Assembly (NCBI RefSeq): GCF_964355755.1
Contig: NC_092672.1
Coordinates: forward strand, 12,338,001-12,402,000
Length of the DNA: 64,000 nt
Direction of reading: 5' to 3'
DNA from: Antedon mediterranea
Lineage: Eukaryota; Animalia; Echinodermata
The notes under the pieces were generated by a model that saw nothing but the letters and a program-made list of their open reading frames with translations, did no database searches and had not been told where the DNA came from. The position numbers and the translations under genes are program-made. Shown in pieces: positions 13,157 to 26,307 of this stretch; the stretch's first letter is position 1, and the number at the start of each line of letters is the position of its first letter.

Positions 13157-14209
13157 TTAAAAAGCATAAAGAAGAAAACGAATCATGTAAAGTACCTTTT
13201 ATCAGTTGAGAAACGAATTATAATTATTAAAATTAGAGTATTTATTCGAATTAACACCCGCTTTGAATAAAAGCCTCCCTCAAATAAACGCCACCATTCC
13301 CTCTAATGGAACACCATGTGGAATACGTCCGCCACATGCATTTACACAATAATTGTATCACAACACATTACATTAACTACCATAATCTACAATTTACCAA
13401 GCATTTTTTTCACTTTTTGATATTAATTGTGCTGTATTTTTTTTTTACATCTAGGTGGTATTTATTTGATTATACATATTACCATATTATACCCCAAATA
13501 AAGATGCCTCCCCTTCCCCTAAAAACCCCTTTGAACAATAAATGCCCGGGTAGTTCAATCGGATACACATGGCAAGTTACTTCTAGCATTCTGAAAAGAA
13601 CTGTTGAGCTTGAAGTTTCTATCAAAATGTTCTTGGGGACAGAAATAACTAGTACTTGAAATTGAAACAATTTAAAGTATCAGTTATTGCATAACATTAC
13701 TGTCCAAGGATAAGTTATGTATAGATATGTTTTTTGTTTGAAACATTAGTAATAGTATTTCTGTTCATCTTTTAACCACATTTTCTATTACAATGAATGT
13801 AAATATGTTTATTTCAAACAATTTAAGACCAAATTCAAGTGTCTACGATCAGTAGTTACGGAGATACATACATGCTCTAGAGTGTGGGTCAAAGGTCAGA
13901 AATGACATTTCCGGTCATTTTTGACTAAAATGTCCCATTAGACTGAATATAAATATATACCTTCTGATCAATTTGAGACCAAAATTACCTCGCTGTGACC
14001 AGTGGTTGTTGAGATTTAAGGACCTATTGGTGTTTAGTTTTATAACCTTTCACCCTGACCGTTTTGACCTTTCGCCACATTTTCAAAATGTGTAACCAAG
14101 CCAATAATGATTGTTTGACCATCCTAAACCAATTTCTGAAGTCAAATTCTCTGGACCTCAAAGTGCATACGAAAGTTGATCTAGCTACTAGAGTAAATAA
14201 ATATAGATG

Positions 14210-14360
14210 AGCTAAGATGAACTATTTTAGGTACTATTTGTTCTATTTATGATCCATTTAGTTTCACAGCTCCCTTACTTTACAAGAAGGTTTTTTACAA
14301 GCAGAATTTAGACTGGGACGAATCGTTAGCATCTGAATTACGGACCAGTCGGTTAAGTTC
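14210..14360 (+). pseudogene. Short degenerate BEL/Pao retrotransposon pol fragment
   Basis: Translates, with a frameshift, as TILGTICSIYDPFSFTAPLL..FLQ..LDWDESL, resembling the conserved Pao motif ILS.I.SIYDPLG..AP...K.FLQ....LDWDE.L. Confidence 0.6.
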
Positions 14361-14930
14361 TTTCTTTCTTTTGAATGATTAAAGAAACACTTATGGTCGT
14401 TGGCCCAAATAATATACAATGTAACAGTTAAATACACCTTAGAGTGCGTTTATAAACGCTGGTCTACGTTTAAATGAAAACAATAAATATTTTCCAATAG
14501 AAACTACAATATAAAGACGAATACAGTATACAGATTGTGTATTGGGCCTATTATAATTATATTTAGGACCGTAGTCAGATCTATCAAGGGTCACTATTTG
14601 GGTCACTGCCTGAGGCGAAGCGAATTTTGTTAAATGACACCCTTAGATGGCCGGAAATAGTACTCTCGCACATAACATTCAGGATAAAAGGCACTCTTAA
14701 TTGGCCGGAAAAGACACTCCCATGCAGTATGCTACGAATGAGCAAAACTATCGTACTTTTTTCCTCCTCACACACTATTTAAAGGACGATAACATTTGTT
14801 GCCGTATGTTAGATGCGCGTGCTCTGTGCGGAACCGCCGATTGTTTGATCATTCACTCGGTATTTTGTTTTGCGTTCAAGGCCACACAAAAGCACACTTT
14901 GGGTCAAAAGGCAAATTCAATGCTTATTAT

Positions 14931-15766
14931 GGGTGTCTAGAAACTCAGATCTAGTAAAAAACTCAGACCTCAGATTTTTCTACATCTAGATATCTCAGAT
15001 ATCAAGATCTGAGTTTTCTAGTTCCAGAATGAACTAGAAAACCCAGATCATCTAATGGATCGTTTATTCGTTCCATTAATAATCAGAGTGTAGCTTGTTT
15101 GAAATACAGTATTATAAATTTTCTTACTAATAATAAAAATAATAATTAGTGTAACTTCTAGTAGCAGCTTACGACTTAAATCATAAAGAAATACAGTATA
15201 CAACTTTTAAAATGTAGGCTTAGCATTTAGGCCTAACCTAGCTAGGCAAACTCAATTCAATGCTCAACGTTTGGGAGCTATCGCGATGTATCGCGAAGAG
15301 AAGGCCTGGCCCTACCAGGCTATAAGTGGTCAACTCATACCAAAAATAACTCTTACCTATTTCCAACTTGGCTAACTCGTACCCACACCAACTCGTACAT
15401 ACCTAATTTTTAAACCTATATTTTAACGGTAACGTGCACTGTATTTTCTATATGATTTAAGCCGTAGGCCGCTTCTACATTTTACAATATTAGTAAGAAT
15501 ACGTACACCGTAATCAGTTTTAATCAGGGAGTTACAATTCTCTGGTTTTAATAATACACTAGTATTTCAAATGACCTACCTTCTGATTAATAATGGCATG
15601 ATCCAAATGACCTACCAACCAATCATTTGATGATCTGAGTTTCTAGTTTCAGATTGGAACTAGAAAACTCAGATATTGATATGAATTTTCTAGATCTAGA
15701 AAAGTCAGATATCTGAGTTTTCTAGATCTAGAAAAGTCAGATATCTGAGTTTTCTAGATCTAGACC
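14931..15766. mobile_element. MITE-like element with long repetitive inverted ends
   Basis: Arrays of TCTAGAAAACTCAGAT at 14935-15060 are inverted relative to ATCTGAGTTTTCTAGA arrays at 15620-15765. Confidence 0.6.
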
Positions 15767-16433
15767 GTTTGGACCGTTTAGGTCTTAGTTGTATTGAGAT
15801 TTTTGCATGTTACGTTATACTATTGAGAAATTAATAATAAATAAATAATTATCTTTATTGTGGCTTGATTACACGCCTTCCGTTTTCTTTCTCTAGACTA
15901 CGCCCCGAGGAAAATATTTTGTTTTGCGACGTCCCAACGCATTTACTAATTAACTACGGTAAATGTTTCGGAAAATACATATCCGAAAGTTACGTTACGT
16001 GTTCTAACAGCTCTGTATCCATTAACACGTATTATCTCAACTTAAAGAAGTAGCTAGTGAGGCCGCAGTTATAATGTATACTGTAGAGTAGATTGTATCT
16101 GTGTTTTATTGGGTGTTAGTAAATGTTGTCATAAACATTAAACAACAGTTTAAAAGTGTTCTTGTTTTTCACCCGGTTGAGTTTACTGTAAACATGGTGA
16201 TGATTTATATCATATTTCTTTATTATAAAATACTTTAGATTTAGTAACTTTTTGCAGGGTGTATTATTTTATAAATAATTTAAAGTCACCGGACAAGCTA
16301 GTATAACTGATCGCAAAGTCAGTTTACTGTATGTCTATTAATCCGCTTGATTCAGTGTTCAGTATGAATAATATCCTTTTTAAAAATACTTGGATTGTAT
16401 AATTATATAAATATAGTTTCTATATAGGCCTAC

Positions 16434-16748
16434 CTCATCGACGGAGTTCACAAGATGTGGATATTTCTTACATATTTCTTCAATTTTTGTCAAGCCTTTG
16501 TTATATATTACAGCTTCTAGCAATACGTACCTGAAAAAAAAAATGAAGATAAAAATGCAATGCAAGAATACTCGGTTGATGATGTTAATATGTTTATTTT
16601 TCATAAATAATTCTAAACAAAAATAAATACAATTTTCTTTGAAATATTTATAATATTAAAAGTTTGTTGGATACAAAATGCAAAGTTTTCTTCTCCATTT
16701 GAAAAAATGCAGTCCTCCACAGTTTGAAGAAATAACTTACTCATCCAT
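16434..16748 (-). CDS. First two coding exons (16748-16741, 16530-16434) of a minus-strand gene, N-terminus MDEYVLLEAVIYNKGLTKIEEICKKYPHLVNSVDE; possibly an ankyrin-repeat protein
   Basis: Canonical splice sites: ttttcag|16789, ATGGATGA|gtaagt, tttttcag|GTAC, GATGAG|gtaggc. Phases join in frame, and the ending VNSVDE at phase 0 resembles an ankyrin repeat junction. No further exons recognised. Confidence 0.55.
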
Positions 16749-17387
16749 TGAAAAAATGCACTCTGTAGTTGCCAATCATTCAGTGGTTGCTGAAAAATGA
16801 AACATAACGTTAAGCATAAAACTTCTAATATTGTTCATAATAAATTGAAAAATGAATAGAAAACATACATTTAATTGTGTATATTATTATTAGGCTTTAT
16901 TTTTTTTAGTATGCCTATAGGCTTTGCTGTAGTACAGTATATCATTTACAATAATATTATTATATTTGTAAAAACATGGTACCAACCATTTAATGGAACC
17001 ACGCAGGGATATATACATTTTTAAAGTTTGTATTTGAACACAAATTATATAATTAATCAGTATAAATATATTAAGTCTTAAAAAACATATAACCTTAAAT
17101 ACACAGTTTAAATTACACTTAAACGAGCAAATTTGAAAACTCTAAACAATATTTGAACGAAGTAACATTTTATTGGGTTAAAATGGCTGTGTTAAAAGCA
17201 TTCTGCGCGGCGTACGCGTTTGAATGCAAGGATCCTAGCTACTAGGAAGGCTAAGCCTAAGCCTATGATGATGTTCCACCAGAGTCAAGCGATTTAGAAG
17301 AGCCCCACGCCGCGAGACAGGGGAGGATGAGGGGGAGCGATACTATCGGTCGTCGTCGCCCTTGCGCGCACAAGGGTGCGTAACTAA

Positions 17388-17762
17388 AGCCGATTTTCCA
17401 CTAGGCGAATTTGTTCGCGCGAATGGAAAGCGTCATGCTCTGCGCGTGCGTATTCGAGTTTCTGTCTGTCATACTCCCTTCTGCGACGAATTCTAGTTCC
17501 TTTATTTTTCGCTTCAGCGAAATTTACTAGTTCGAATTGTTTCTACTTTTTGCGGAGCGAAATATTGCGCAACCAATCAGAGCTCATGAAATGAGCTATG
17601 ACGCTTTCATGAGCACTCATGTGAATCGAAATGCTCAGCAACCACCCGAGAAACATAAATGTCGCAGCTATTCGCTCATGTAGTGGAAAGAGAGTAGGCG
17701 ACTTTTTTTCTCTTCGAACCGTTGGATTCGCACGAACAAATTCGCCTAGTGGAAAATCGGCT
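17388..17762. mobile_element. PIF/Harbinger-type MITE
   Basis: TAA|AGCCGATTTTCCACTAGGCGAATTTGTTCG ... CGAACAAATTCGCCTAGTGGAAAATCGGCT|TAA: about 30-bp perfect TIR with a 3-bp TAA TSD. Confidence 0.88.
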
Positions 17763-18977
17763 TAATAAAACGGCTACTGTATGTTGACTGTATAAATGAT
17801 TACGTTCTCTATCGAACACATGATATTCGTCGTCCTCCCCTTAACCGTCGTGTTTTTGTAAAGTCCCTAATATTCATGTTCATGAAGAAAAGAATAACTA
17901 CTATTTTTCTTCAAATAAATGTACTATTTTTCAAAGTTAAACATTTCCGGAGATATAAAGTAAGGCTTAAGCCTAATTCTATTCATTAAACATGTTTTGT
18001 CTCCAACATTTTTAATGATAACATATACAACTTTATTGAAAACTAGTACGCTAGAATTATGTGGACGAATGTACATTGTTTGTAGGAATATTTTACTATT
18101 ATTAATATAAAACATTGTTTCAATTACTCAGATATGAATTATAGAAATCAAATCAAAATTGATACCCACATTGATGGTGCTTCATATAGGCAAATACGTT
18201 ATAAAATAAATATATTATACATAAAAAATAGTTAAATTGCTAAAAATGAAATAACAATAACAATTTATAAATTTCACAATTTTCAAAAATAATATTCAAT
18301 AACAATATTCAGCAATGTTAAGCTATGGATACGAAACTGCATTACAGAATATTTAGATTATGTTTCAATACCAAAATAATAATATTTGGAAGTTTGATTT
18401 CGTATTATTTTACATATAAGTAAGTATTTATTTATTTACTACATAAAAAAGTGGATTTTGTGGGGATTTTACCTCCTACATCTAATTTCTTTATGTCTCA
18501 AGTTATTCTGCAGTTGAATGCAAAAACACTAACTTGAGTACGCGACTGCAGTCATGTGTATGGCCTTGTTTTATAATATACTTTTAGTTCTTATGTTGTC
18601 ATTTGACCACACCACAGTTGTGTAATTAGCTATCGTTTTAAACGGTAGTATCATAAATTCATGCATAAATAAATCAAAAGGATTCATACAAATTTGTTTC
18701 TGTTATATTTTTGGATCTTGTTGAGCGCCGTGAAATGTGCAAAAAGTCACATTTGTGCAAACAACCACATTTTTGTAAACATGTTGCCTTCAAATGTGCA
18801 AATACTCACATTTGTGCAAACATGGCACCCTCAAATTAATGTGCAAATCAGTAAAAATGTATAATCCACTAATGTGCAACATCCCTCCGTTAAATGTAAA
18901 AAAGATCAGTAAATGATCAGCAAATGAAATTTTACAAATGTGCAAATCATTTTTGTTCAACCAAAATCGTTTATTAA

Positions 18978-19764
18978 AAATGATAGCCTAATTCTAAATA
19001 GCCACGGGGTTTTCTAACAATGTTTTCAAGATATGCATTACATACATTGTAGTACAGGCTGAAATAATCTGTTAAAAAAAAAAAACCCACAATCCAAATG
19101 TCAGGAGTGACGCGTGGTTGCTGCTTGCTGAAGATGGTAACTAGTCCCTTATAGTTGTCCTCTTATTTTAAACAAAATTTACAAAACATAATGAACTGAA
19201 TTAGATTTTATATTATTTTATTAATGTATTTCTCTTATGCGCGATTTGAACAATTTATGCAATTTGAAATTCATTGACGATTTTCTTGCGTAAATTGAAT
19301 CAATATTCAAATTGAGCATGGTATTTTCAGTATTTTATAAAACCAAAGCTCATTGAAATCCGTATACATTCATAAAAAGTGCAGGTAAAAAAATAAAATG
19401 TTATTAAAATTGTGCAAATATTTCTTGCGCAAATTCAAATGCGCAACTAATTATTTACGCTATTTTATATCACGCACAACATAATGAACTGAGAGTTCAT
19501 TATGTAGCCTATTAAACGTATGAGTTTCAAACATATGAGTTCATTATGTTTTTTGAATTTCCTTTAAAATAAGAGGTCGACAACTTTAAAGGATTTCAAT
19601 GTGAAAGTCTCCATCTCCAGCAAGCAGCGACCACGTGTCAGTCCTGCATCTGTTTTTCAAAACAGATTATTTCAGCCTGTATTACAATTAAGTATGTCAC
19701 AGTGGCTATATCGTGAAAACATGTTTGGAAAACCCCGTGACTGTTTAGAATTAGTTTATCATTT
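18978..19764. mobile_element. Palindromic MITE-like insertion in the left arm of the second inverted duplication
   Basis: About 220-bp diverged inverted arms, e.g. TACAGGCTGAAATAATCTGTT / AACAGATTATTTCAGCCTGTA. Absent from the right arm. Confidence 0.7.
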
Positions 19765-21162
19765 GTGCCAATCATTTCTTCAGTCAAATTCCTATTACAT
19801 TTTGTATTTTTGGTTCGTAGGTGTTTCAGAGTAGAAATAACAATAGGAAAAAGAGTCTAATCAATCTAAAATGTTCAATATCATAATAACTAATTATACT
19901 GTTGTATTTTATTATGAGGCTTTAACCCGTCTCAGCCAAATTCAAGTCGACCCCAAGTCAACTAGCCCTCAAATCAATTCGGCCACAAATCAACTCTGCC
20001 GCGCCTCACGTCAACTAGGCCACGTTAAAGTATGAAACGCAAAAAGTGCAAATGAATGGGACAAAATCAGTCTAATGAACAGAAGAAAAATAATAAAAAC
20101 GAAGTACGCATGTTATAGGGATGAATATTAGTATGAATGTGAATTTTATATGCACGATTCAAAATAGCGCAAAGATTTTGCAATTTGAACGGCACAAGCT
20201 TGTTTATTTTGAAATTGCGCAATTTTAATAACATTTTATTCTTTTAATGCGTTACTTGCATTATTTTATATCTATGCGTAACACTAACAGGTTTATTTTA
20301 ACTTTGGTTTTATCAAATACTAAAATACATTGCACTATTTTTTAATCTGATCAAATTTATTTGGATTCAATTTGAAAAATGATTTAACTTATTTTTCTTT
20401 TTTCTAAGCGAAATTAATATTTTTTTCGGATTTTTTATCGGCGAAAGTGATCAACTTTATTATAACTACAAAATGGTCTATTCAAACTTTGATGTTAGTG
20501 TTCTTCATTTTTCATGTTTTGGAGGAAAATACAACTTTAAACTAATATTACACATTGCGATAATTGTCTATACAAGCCATGGACAATTCATTGATTACTA
20601 TCCATCAACACTTAAAATATATAAAATTGAGACACAAACGGAAGACAAATCAAAAGGAATAATATAATGTAAGACTAATAATAATAATGCATACTATTTA
20701 GAGCAATGTTGTACAACGGCCCTCAAAATATATGTATGTCGAGCATGTGTGTATATCCGAAACATCTTAATTAAATAATTAGAAATCAATGAAAAAGATC
20801 TTTCAAAGTATGAAACGGAAAAATTGAAAAAATAATTACGAATTGATGAAACATTTTGAGATGGATACGATTGTTTTGTCAAAAACCTGTTTCTGAAATT
20901 AAATTTACAATTAAGCTCAATAGAAACAAGTTTTGCATTTGAAGTTTCTATATTTTTTCAATTTTATGTTCGCCGTATATACTTGATAAAAAGAATTAAA
21001 AAAAACAGACGTTATTTAATTATGGAGTTTAGTGTACATTAACTATCAGAAGTACAAACGATGTTTTAACCCTAATTTATTATAACTTAACCATTTGAAG
21101 TAAACATTAAAACATTTTGAAATGTGAGTTATATAGGCCTACGTGTTTTTGATACTTTTACT

Positions 21163-21291
21163 TTTTAGTCGCGTGGACGCGACTCTAATAGTTCACTATG
21201 TCGGTCGGTCGGTCTGTCGGTCTGTCGGTCTGTCTGTCGGTCAGATATCACTATGCGTTTTAGCACGCGACTTATGGCTGTTGGCCTTGTT
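21163..21291 (+). mobile_element. Minimal HINE/DINE-1-like (Helentron-associated) element
   Basis: T-run start, AGTCGCGT..ACGCGACT hairpin, (GTCG/GTCT)n microsatellite, repeated CACGCGACT subterminal motif, 3' GGCTGTTGGCC stem-loop and a TT flank. Confidence 0.7.
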
Positions 21292-21555
21292 TACATTACA
21301 GTTGCTTTGTATGATTTTAAAATGTTAGTTTTTATATACTTATTTTAGCTGTCTTTTAAATTGTTCACGAGTTTTTAATAAAGAAAATTAAATAACTGAT
21401 TTCGTATTCTTATTTTCATAATAAGCAGTAACATAACTATATAGTAATTTGAGTATACGGTACCAATTAAACATATATATATATACATTTAATTTCGATA
21501 ATAAAAGAAATAAAGAAGCCTGAAAAGATCCCAACTATTACTACAATTATTATTA

Positions 21556-22680
21556 CTAGAGGGTGAGCTCGCTTCGCTCGCTCCCCCTCTAGGAAGTGTA
21601 GACAATGGTTCTCGGAATGATAATGTTCTCCTTATACATTTTCTGTCGGTTACCATTATTGAAAATGCTTGGCATTCGTAAAACTGAACTACTTTGTTTC
21701 ACAGTGTTTTAGATGATTAATAACATTTTAAAGTATAGTTTTTATTGTTTGGTAGGGCCCTTTGGGGAGGCGGAGGTCATTTGAGGGAGGTGCTTATTCG
21801 AGGGATATATGTTAAATTTTTTAGTTCTAATAATATGGTAACATTTATAATCAAATGAAATCCTCTCATAGATATGAAAATTGGTAAAAAAGAATAACAA
21901 ATGCTTGGTAAATTGCAGATAACAGTGCGGTGAATTCTACTACAAATAGTATAATTGTGTTATTATAAATATGTGGATGGACGTTTATTAGATAGTTGGG
22001 TTGTGGGGGGGGGGGGGGGTTATTATTCAAAGTGATGTTTTATTGGAGAGGCGTTTATTCAAATGAATACCATCCTAATAATTATTAATACATTATTTAA
22101 TTTAATCATCTTTTGAAACTAACTGCCGTGACAGAGTGGGCCCAAGAAAGAAGACATTACGGCTTGCAACATGGGCAGACATCTCGGTCCTAACGGGACA
22201 CAGGAAGATAGCCTACAGTTATTCCTGCAAGCTTACTCAATAAAACTCAGCTATCGGGATTTCACTCGATTTTTTTTTCGTCTTCCAAAGGGACACTGTA
22301 TTGATTGATGGAAAGTGCCTGTTTCCAGTCACCTTTAGGGTCAAATCTATTATTTTAACTGCTCCCTTGTGTATAAAAGAGAGAAAATATTTGAAACTAA
22401 GGTGAACTTATCTTAAACCCGGAAATTACTTTGACCGGGAAGAATTGAAATTGAGAGGAAAATCCAATGTTGAAATCATAAATGTTGTTAAAAAACTCTT
22501 TATAATATCTTCCTAAGATATAAAATGGAACAATAGCGTTGGCGTGCACACTAATGTTATCAAATCTACGTTTCGCGGTACATCTCGGATAGATAAGGTA
22601 GGTATCCAAGGCGGAGATTTGTACCGAAGTTTTTGCATTGTGCTCACCTATGTCAGAATTAACCATAATTTATATATAGA
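21556..22680 (-). mobile_element. Non-autonomous Helitron
   Basis: Minus strand: A|TCTATATATAAATT 5' end at 22680, GCGAGCGAAGCGAGC hairpin and CTAG|T 3' end at 21556. The ends resemble those of the copy at 61784-63031. Confidence 0.78.
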
Positions 22681-23239
22681 TTACTATTCTTATTATTATT
22701 TCTACAATTATTATGATTACTACTCTTAATATTATTACTAATATAATTATTACTATTATTTATCTCTGTAACATGCGTACTTGGTCTCTATTATTTTCTT
22801 CTGTTCATTAGACTGATTTTGGTTGAAGAAAATAATTTGCACATTTGTTTATTATATCAGTCCTATTTATTTGCACTTTTTGCGTTCCATACTTTAATGT
22901 GGCCGTGTTGACCGATTAGTTTTTGGCCGAGTTGACGTGAGGCCGAGTTGACTTGAGGCCAAGTTGACTTGAGGGCGAGTTGACTTGGGGCCGACTTTAA
23001 TTGAGAGCCTTTTTAGAGCCTTTGATTATAATAAAATACAACAGTATAAATTAAGTTTTATAATATTGAACATTTTAAATTTATTATACTCTTTTTCCTA
23101 TTGTTATTTCTACTCTGAAAGACCTACGAACCCAAAATATAAAATGGAATAGGAGTTTGGTTGAAGAAATGCTTTGCACATTTTTAGAATACCTTTTGCA
23201 CATTAAACGTCAAAACTGATCGTTTTTACATTTAACGGC

Positions 23240-23690
23240 GTGGTGTTTGCACATTTGCAGGTTATGAATTTTTACAGATTTGCACATTTGAAGGTAAAAT
23301 GTTTACACAAATGTGGTTGTTTACACAAATGTGGTTGTCTGCACATTTGAAGGTAAAATGTTTGCACGTACAAATGTGGTTGTTTGCACATTTGCGGGTT
23401 ATGAATTTTTACAGATTTGCACATTTGAAGGTAAAATGTTTGCACAAATGTGGTTGTTTGCACATTTGAAGGTAAAATGTTTGCACAAATGTGGTTGTTT
23501 GCACAAATGTGACTTTTTGCACATTTCACGGCTCCACACGGCGTGATGTTTGCACATTAGTGGACTATACATTTTTACAGATTTGCACATTTGAGAGCTC
23601 CATGTTTGCACAAATGTCGTTGTTTGCACATTTGAAGGCAACATGTTTACACAAATATGGTTGTTTTCACAAATGTGACTTTTTGACAAC
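23240..23690. repeat. Degenerate minisatellite of TTTGCACATTTG / TTTGCACAAATGTGGTTG modules
   Basis: Many tandem variants; accounts for the overlapping spurious ORFs at 23272-23728. Confidence 0.8.
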
Positions 23691-26307
23691 AGATCTTCTG
23701 AATGTATAGCCTGATAAGACAACACCACGGTCAGTACCAGACACTAGTATAAGTTACGTACGGTAATGGTATTATTATTCACAAAAAGCGTGGCACGAAC
23801 ACGACTTACTTAACTTAATTGATGTGTTGTATAAGTTTGGATGTCAGAATATGTCCAATTGGTTCCAACTGATCGAAACGTATATTTAATAATAAATTGA
23901 TGATCGGTTATTTGATACGAATGTTATATTTGTGAAGGTACCATCCTGAATTCATTAAGTGTCAAGACAAGAAATCGGTGAGTACCGTGTTGCAATAAGC
24001 AGAATTCGTTTCTTCTTCGACTTAATTTAATTCAATATTTTGATTCAATTCTCGGTAACTAAATTATATAACCAACCGTACCAAATGGACGACATTATTT
24101 ACAATCAATTGTTGTATGTATTTTTAGAAACAATTTAATAATTATAATTTAACTCTAAACTATAACGAACATCCTGTGGGATAATCTAAAGGTCATCTAC
24201 TGTAAAATTGAATATATTGTGATTTATTTATAATTATAAAATTGTTTATAAAATATATTGATTTAGTGTTTTGAGAAATGTTTTCGTTTAACGGATCTAC
24301 TTACGAAAGGTAAGATACGAAAGCATTTCAAATTACACGGTCCTCTAGGGGACAGTTTAGGCTCACCAATCTATAAGAAACTGTAATTTTTATTTTACTG
24401 TCCATTATCTGTTTATGATAAGTTTCACCGATTATGCCTACTTGGCTAAGTAATACATTGTTTTGCTCTATTTTGAATTTAGTAGGCCTATAACATTACG
24501 TTCAAAACAGGTGGAAATTCATTTAGTAATGTTTCAGTATGTTTTATAAACATTTAAATGACGTTTATTCATTCTTTCAAAACGTAATATATAATGTATC
24601 AATGTGTTCGTCGTCTACGCACCTGCTTTTCTCTGCTTACAAAGGAATGCAAAACAAAATTTACAATAGAGTGTGTGATTTAAATAAAATAAATACTTAC
24701 CATTCATCTTATAAGTAAATATGAGTATTCCTAATTTTAAATCTTTTAAAAGATTTAAAATAATGTTGCCGTGTATGTGTACGACTTGAACAATATCAAT
24801 AACATTGTTTTTTGACTAGATCGGTATAGAGAATACAGAGTATATTTTTTCGCTCAAAAACATAAAAGGAGACTGGAAATGGCATGCTGAATAAACACAA
24901 CAGGTAGTAGATCTGAATTACAATAAAGTCCATAATAGGGGTCGAATAACAATACTAGGTACCGAACTATATTGTACTCAATGTATTGTTAATATTAAAA
25001 AGAAGTTTATCGAAGCAGAAAGAGGTAGGTCTACTATGAGACGAATAGCTAGAATTCCAATAAAACAGCCTTTGATTTTTAATTCTTACTCAATTTCCTG
25101 ATAGAGAGTACGTTATTATTAGCATTGGTAATAGAGTGCTTGGTTCATTTATTTTAATGGAGAAAATGATGCAAAGGTAACATTTAAAACAAGTTTGATA
25201 ATATTATGAGTAGGCCTGATTTAAAGAACATTTAGAATAATCATAATACATTGCTACTTTAAAGTGGAGATAACTCAGTGTCAATAATCTAAGTTTTTTT
25301 TTATAAAATATTGAATAATAATAATTATGAAATCAATTTAATCCATGTTTTCAGTAAAAAGAACTTTGTGAATAAGAAAATTTTTAAAGAGAAATATTAT
25401 GTTTGAGAAAAATAATTTAATAAAAAATTAGAATGTACATAAAAATAAGAAATCAAGCATAAAGTACGACCTTAAGAGTATTTAAATGGTTAATAAAACA
25501 CTTTTTTAAATGAATCAGTAATAGTCATCTTGTTAACTAAGGTAACCTATATGTATCCAATCATGTACACATGTACCTCTCATTTAATTTACATTTAAAA
25601 GAAAAAAACATTTTTTACTAACATTTGTTCTTGATCTGAAGTACAAGTCTAGTCTAGTACTGTAACAAAATGTGTACATGACCTTTAAACTCGAACTGTT
25701 TTTTATGCCCTAAAACACTCAATTACATGTGGGTCGTAACTGCATTGCATTACCATTCGCACTTTATAGAAATAGATCAGAGATTAGCTAACAGGTATTT
25801 TGTTCCAATACAAAAGGCAGCAAAACAAATAATATAGGTGAAATCTCAGTGAATCGAAACACACTACAGTATTACTGTGGAATATATTAATTTCAACTCA
25901 ATGGGTTTAACAAATGACTAAGCTGATATTGTAAAGACCAAACACATACAGGAAAAGAAAGACAACTGTTTTTTATAGGTATATTGTTAAATAAGCACCG
26001 TTAAATTAAATGTTTGATACATTTTCTAAGAACACCTATGAAAAACAAAAACAATTACTGTGTGTCGGGCGTTAACGTACTATAATCGATTATCATACGT
26101 TTTATGTGTCAAGTGGTTAAAATAAGAAATTGACATTTAGTTTAGGTTCAAGTTTAATTTTAATTTTCAAGTAAAAAGAAATTGTTCTTCAAAAAGATTC
26201 TTCATTTGTGTGAAATACATACCATATATTTTAAATATAATATAATAATAAATAGATATGTGTATATTTATTGAACATAATTTCCAGACAAATTTTATTT
26301 AGTTCAA

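Larger units (their letters stand above)
6085..14196. repeat. Large inverted duplication or foldback-like element; arms about 6085-7138 plus 11180-11325 versus about 13235-14196
   Basis: TTACTCTAGTAGTTAGATCAACTTTCGTATGCAC.. at 6085 is the reverse complement of ..GTGCATACGAAAGTTGATCTAGCTACTAGAGTAA at 14196. Similarity continues for about 1 kb; the left arm is split by an insertion. Confidence 0.85.
18728..23690. repeat. Second large inverted duplication; arms about 18728-20115 and 22769-23690
   Basis: Several blocks are reverse complements, e.g. GTAGAAATAACAATAGGAAAAAGAG (19831) vs CTCTTTTTCCTATTGTTATTTCTAC (23089), and AATCAGTCTAATGAACAGAAG vs CTTCTGTTCATTAGACTGATT. Confidence 0.8.

Noticed and set aside
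23272-23728. Overlapping Cys/His-rich ORFs resembling zinc fingers
   Set aside because: Translations of a TTTGCACA minisatellite that is open in several frames on both strands.
24701-24872. Possible minus-strand exon (..LCILYTDLV.., donor gtaagt at 24700)
   Set aside because: The frame closes early and the acceptor is ambiguous; at most a non-coding leader exon.
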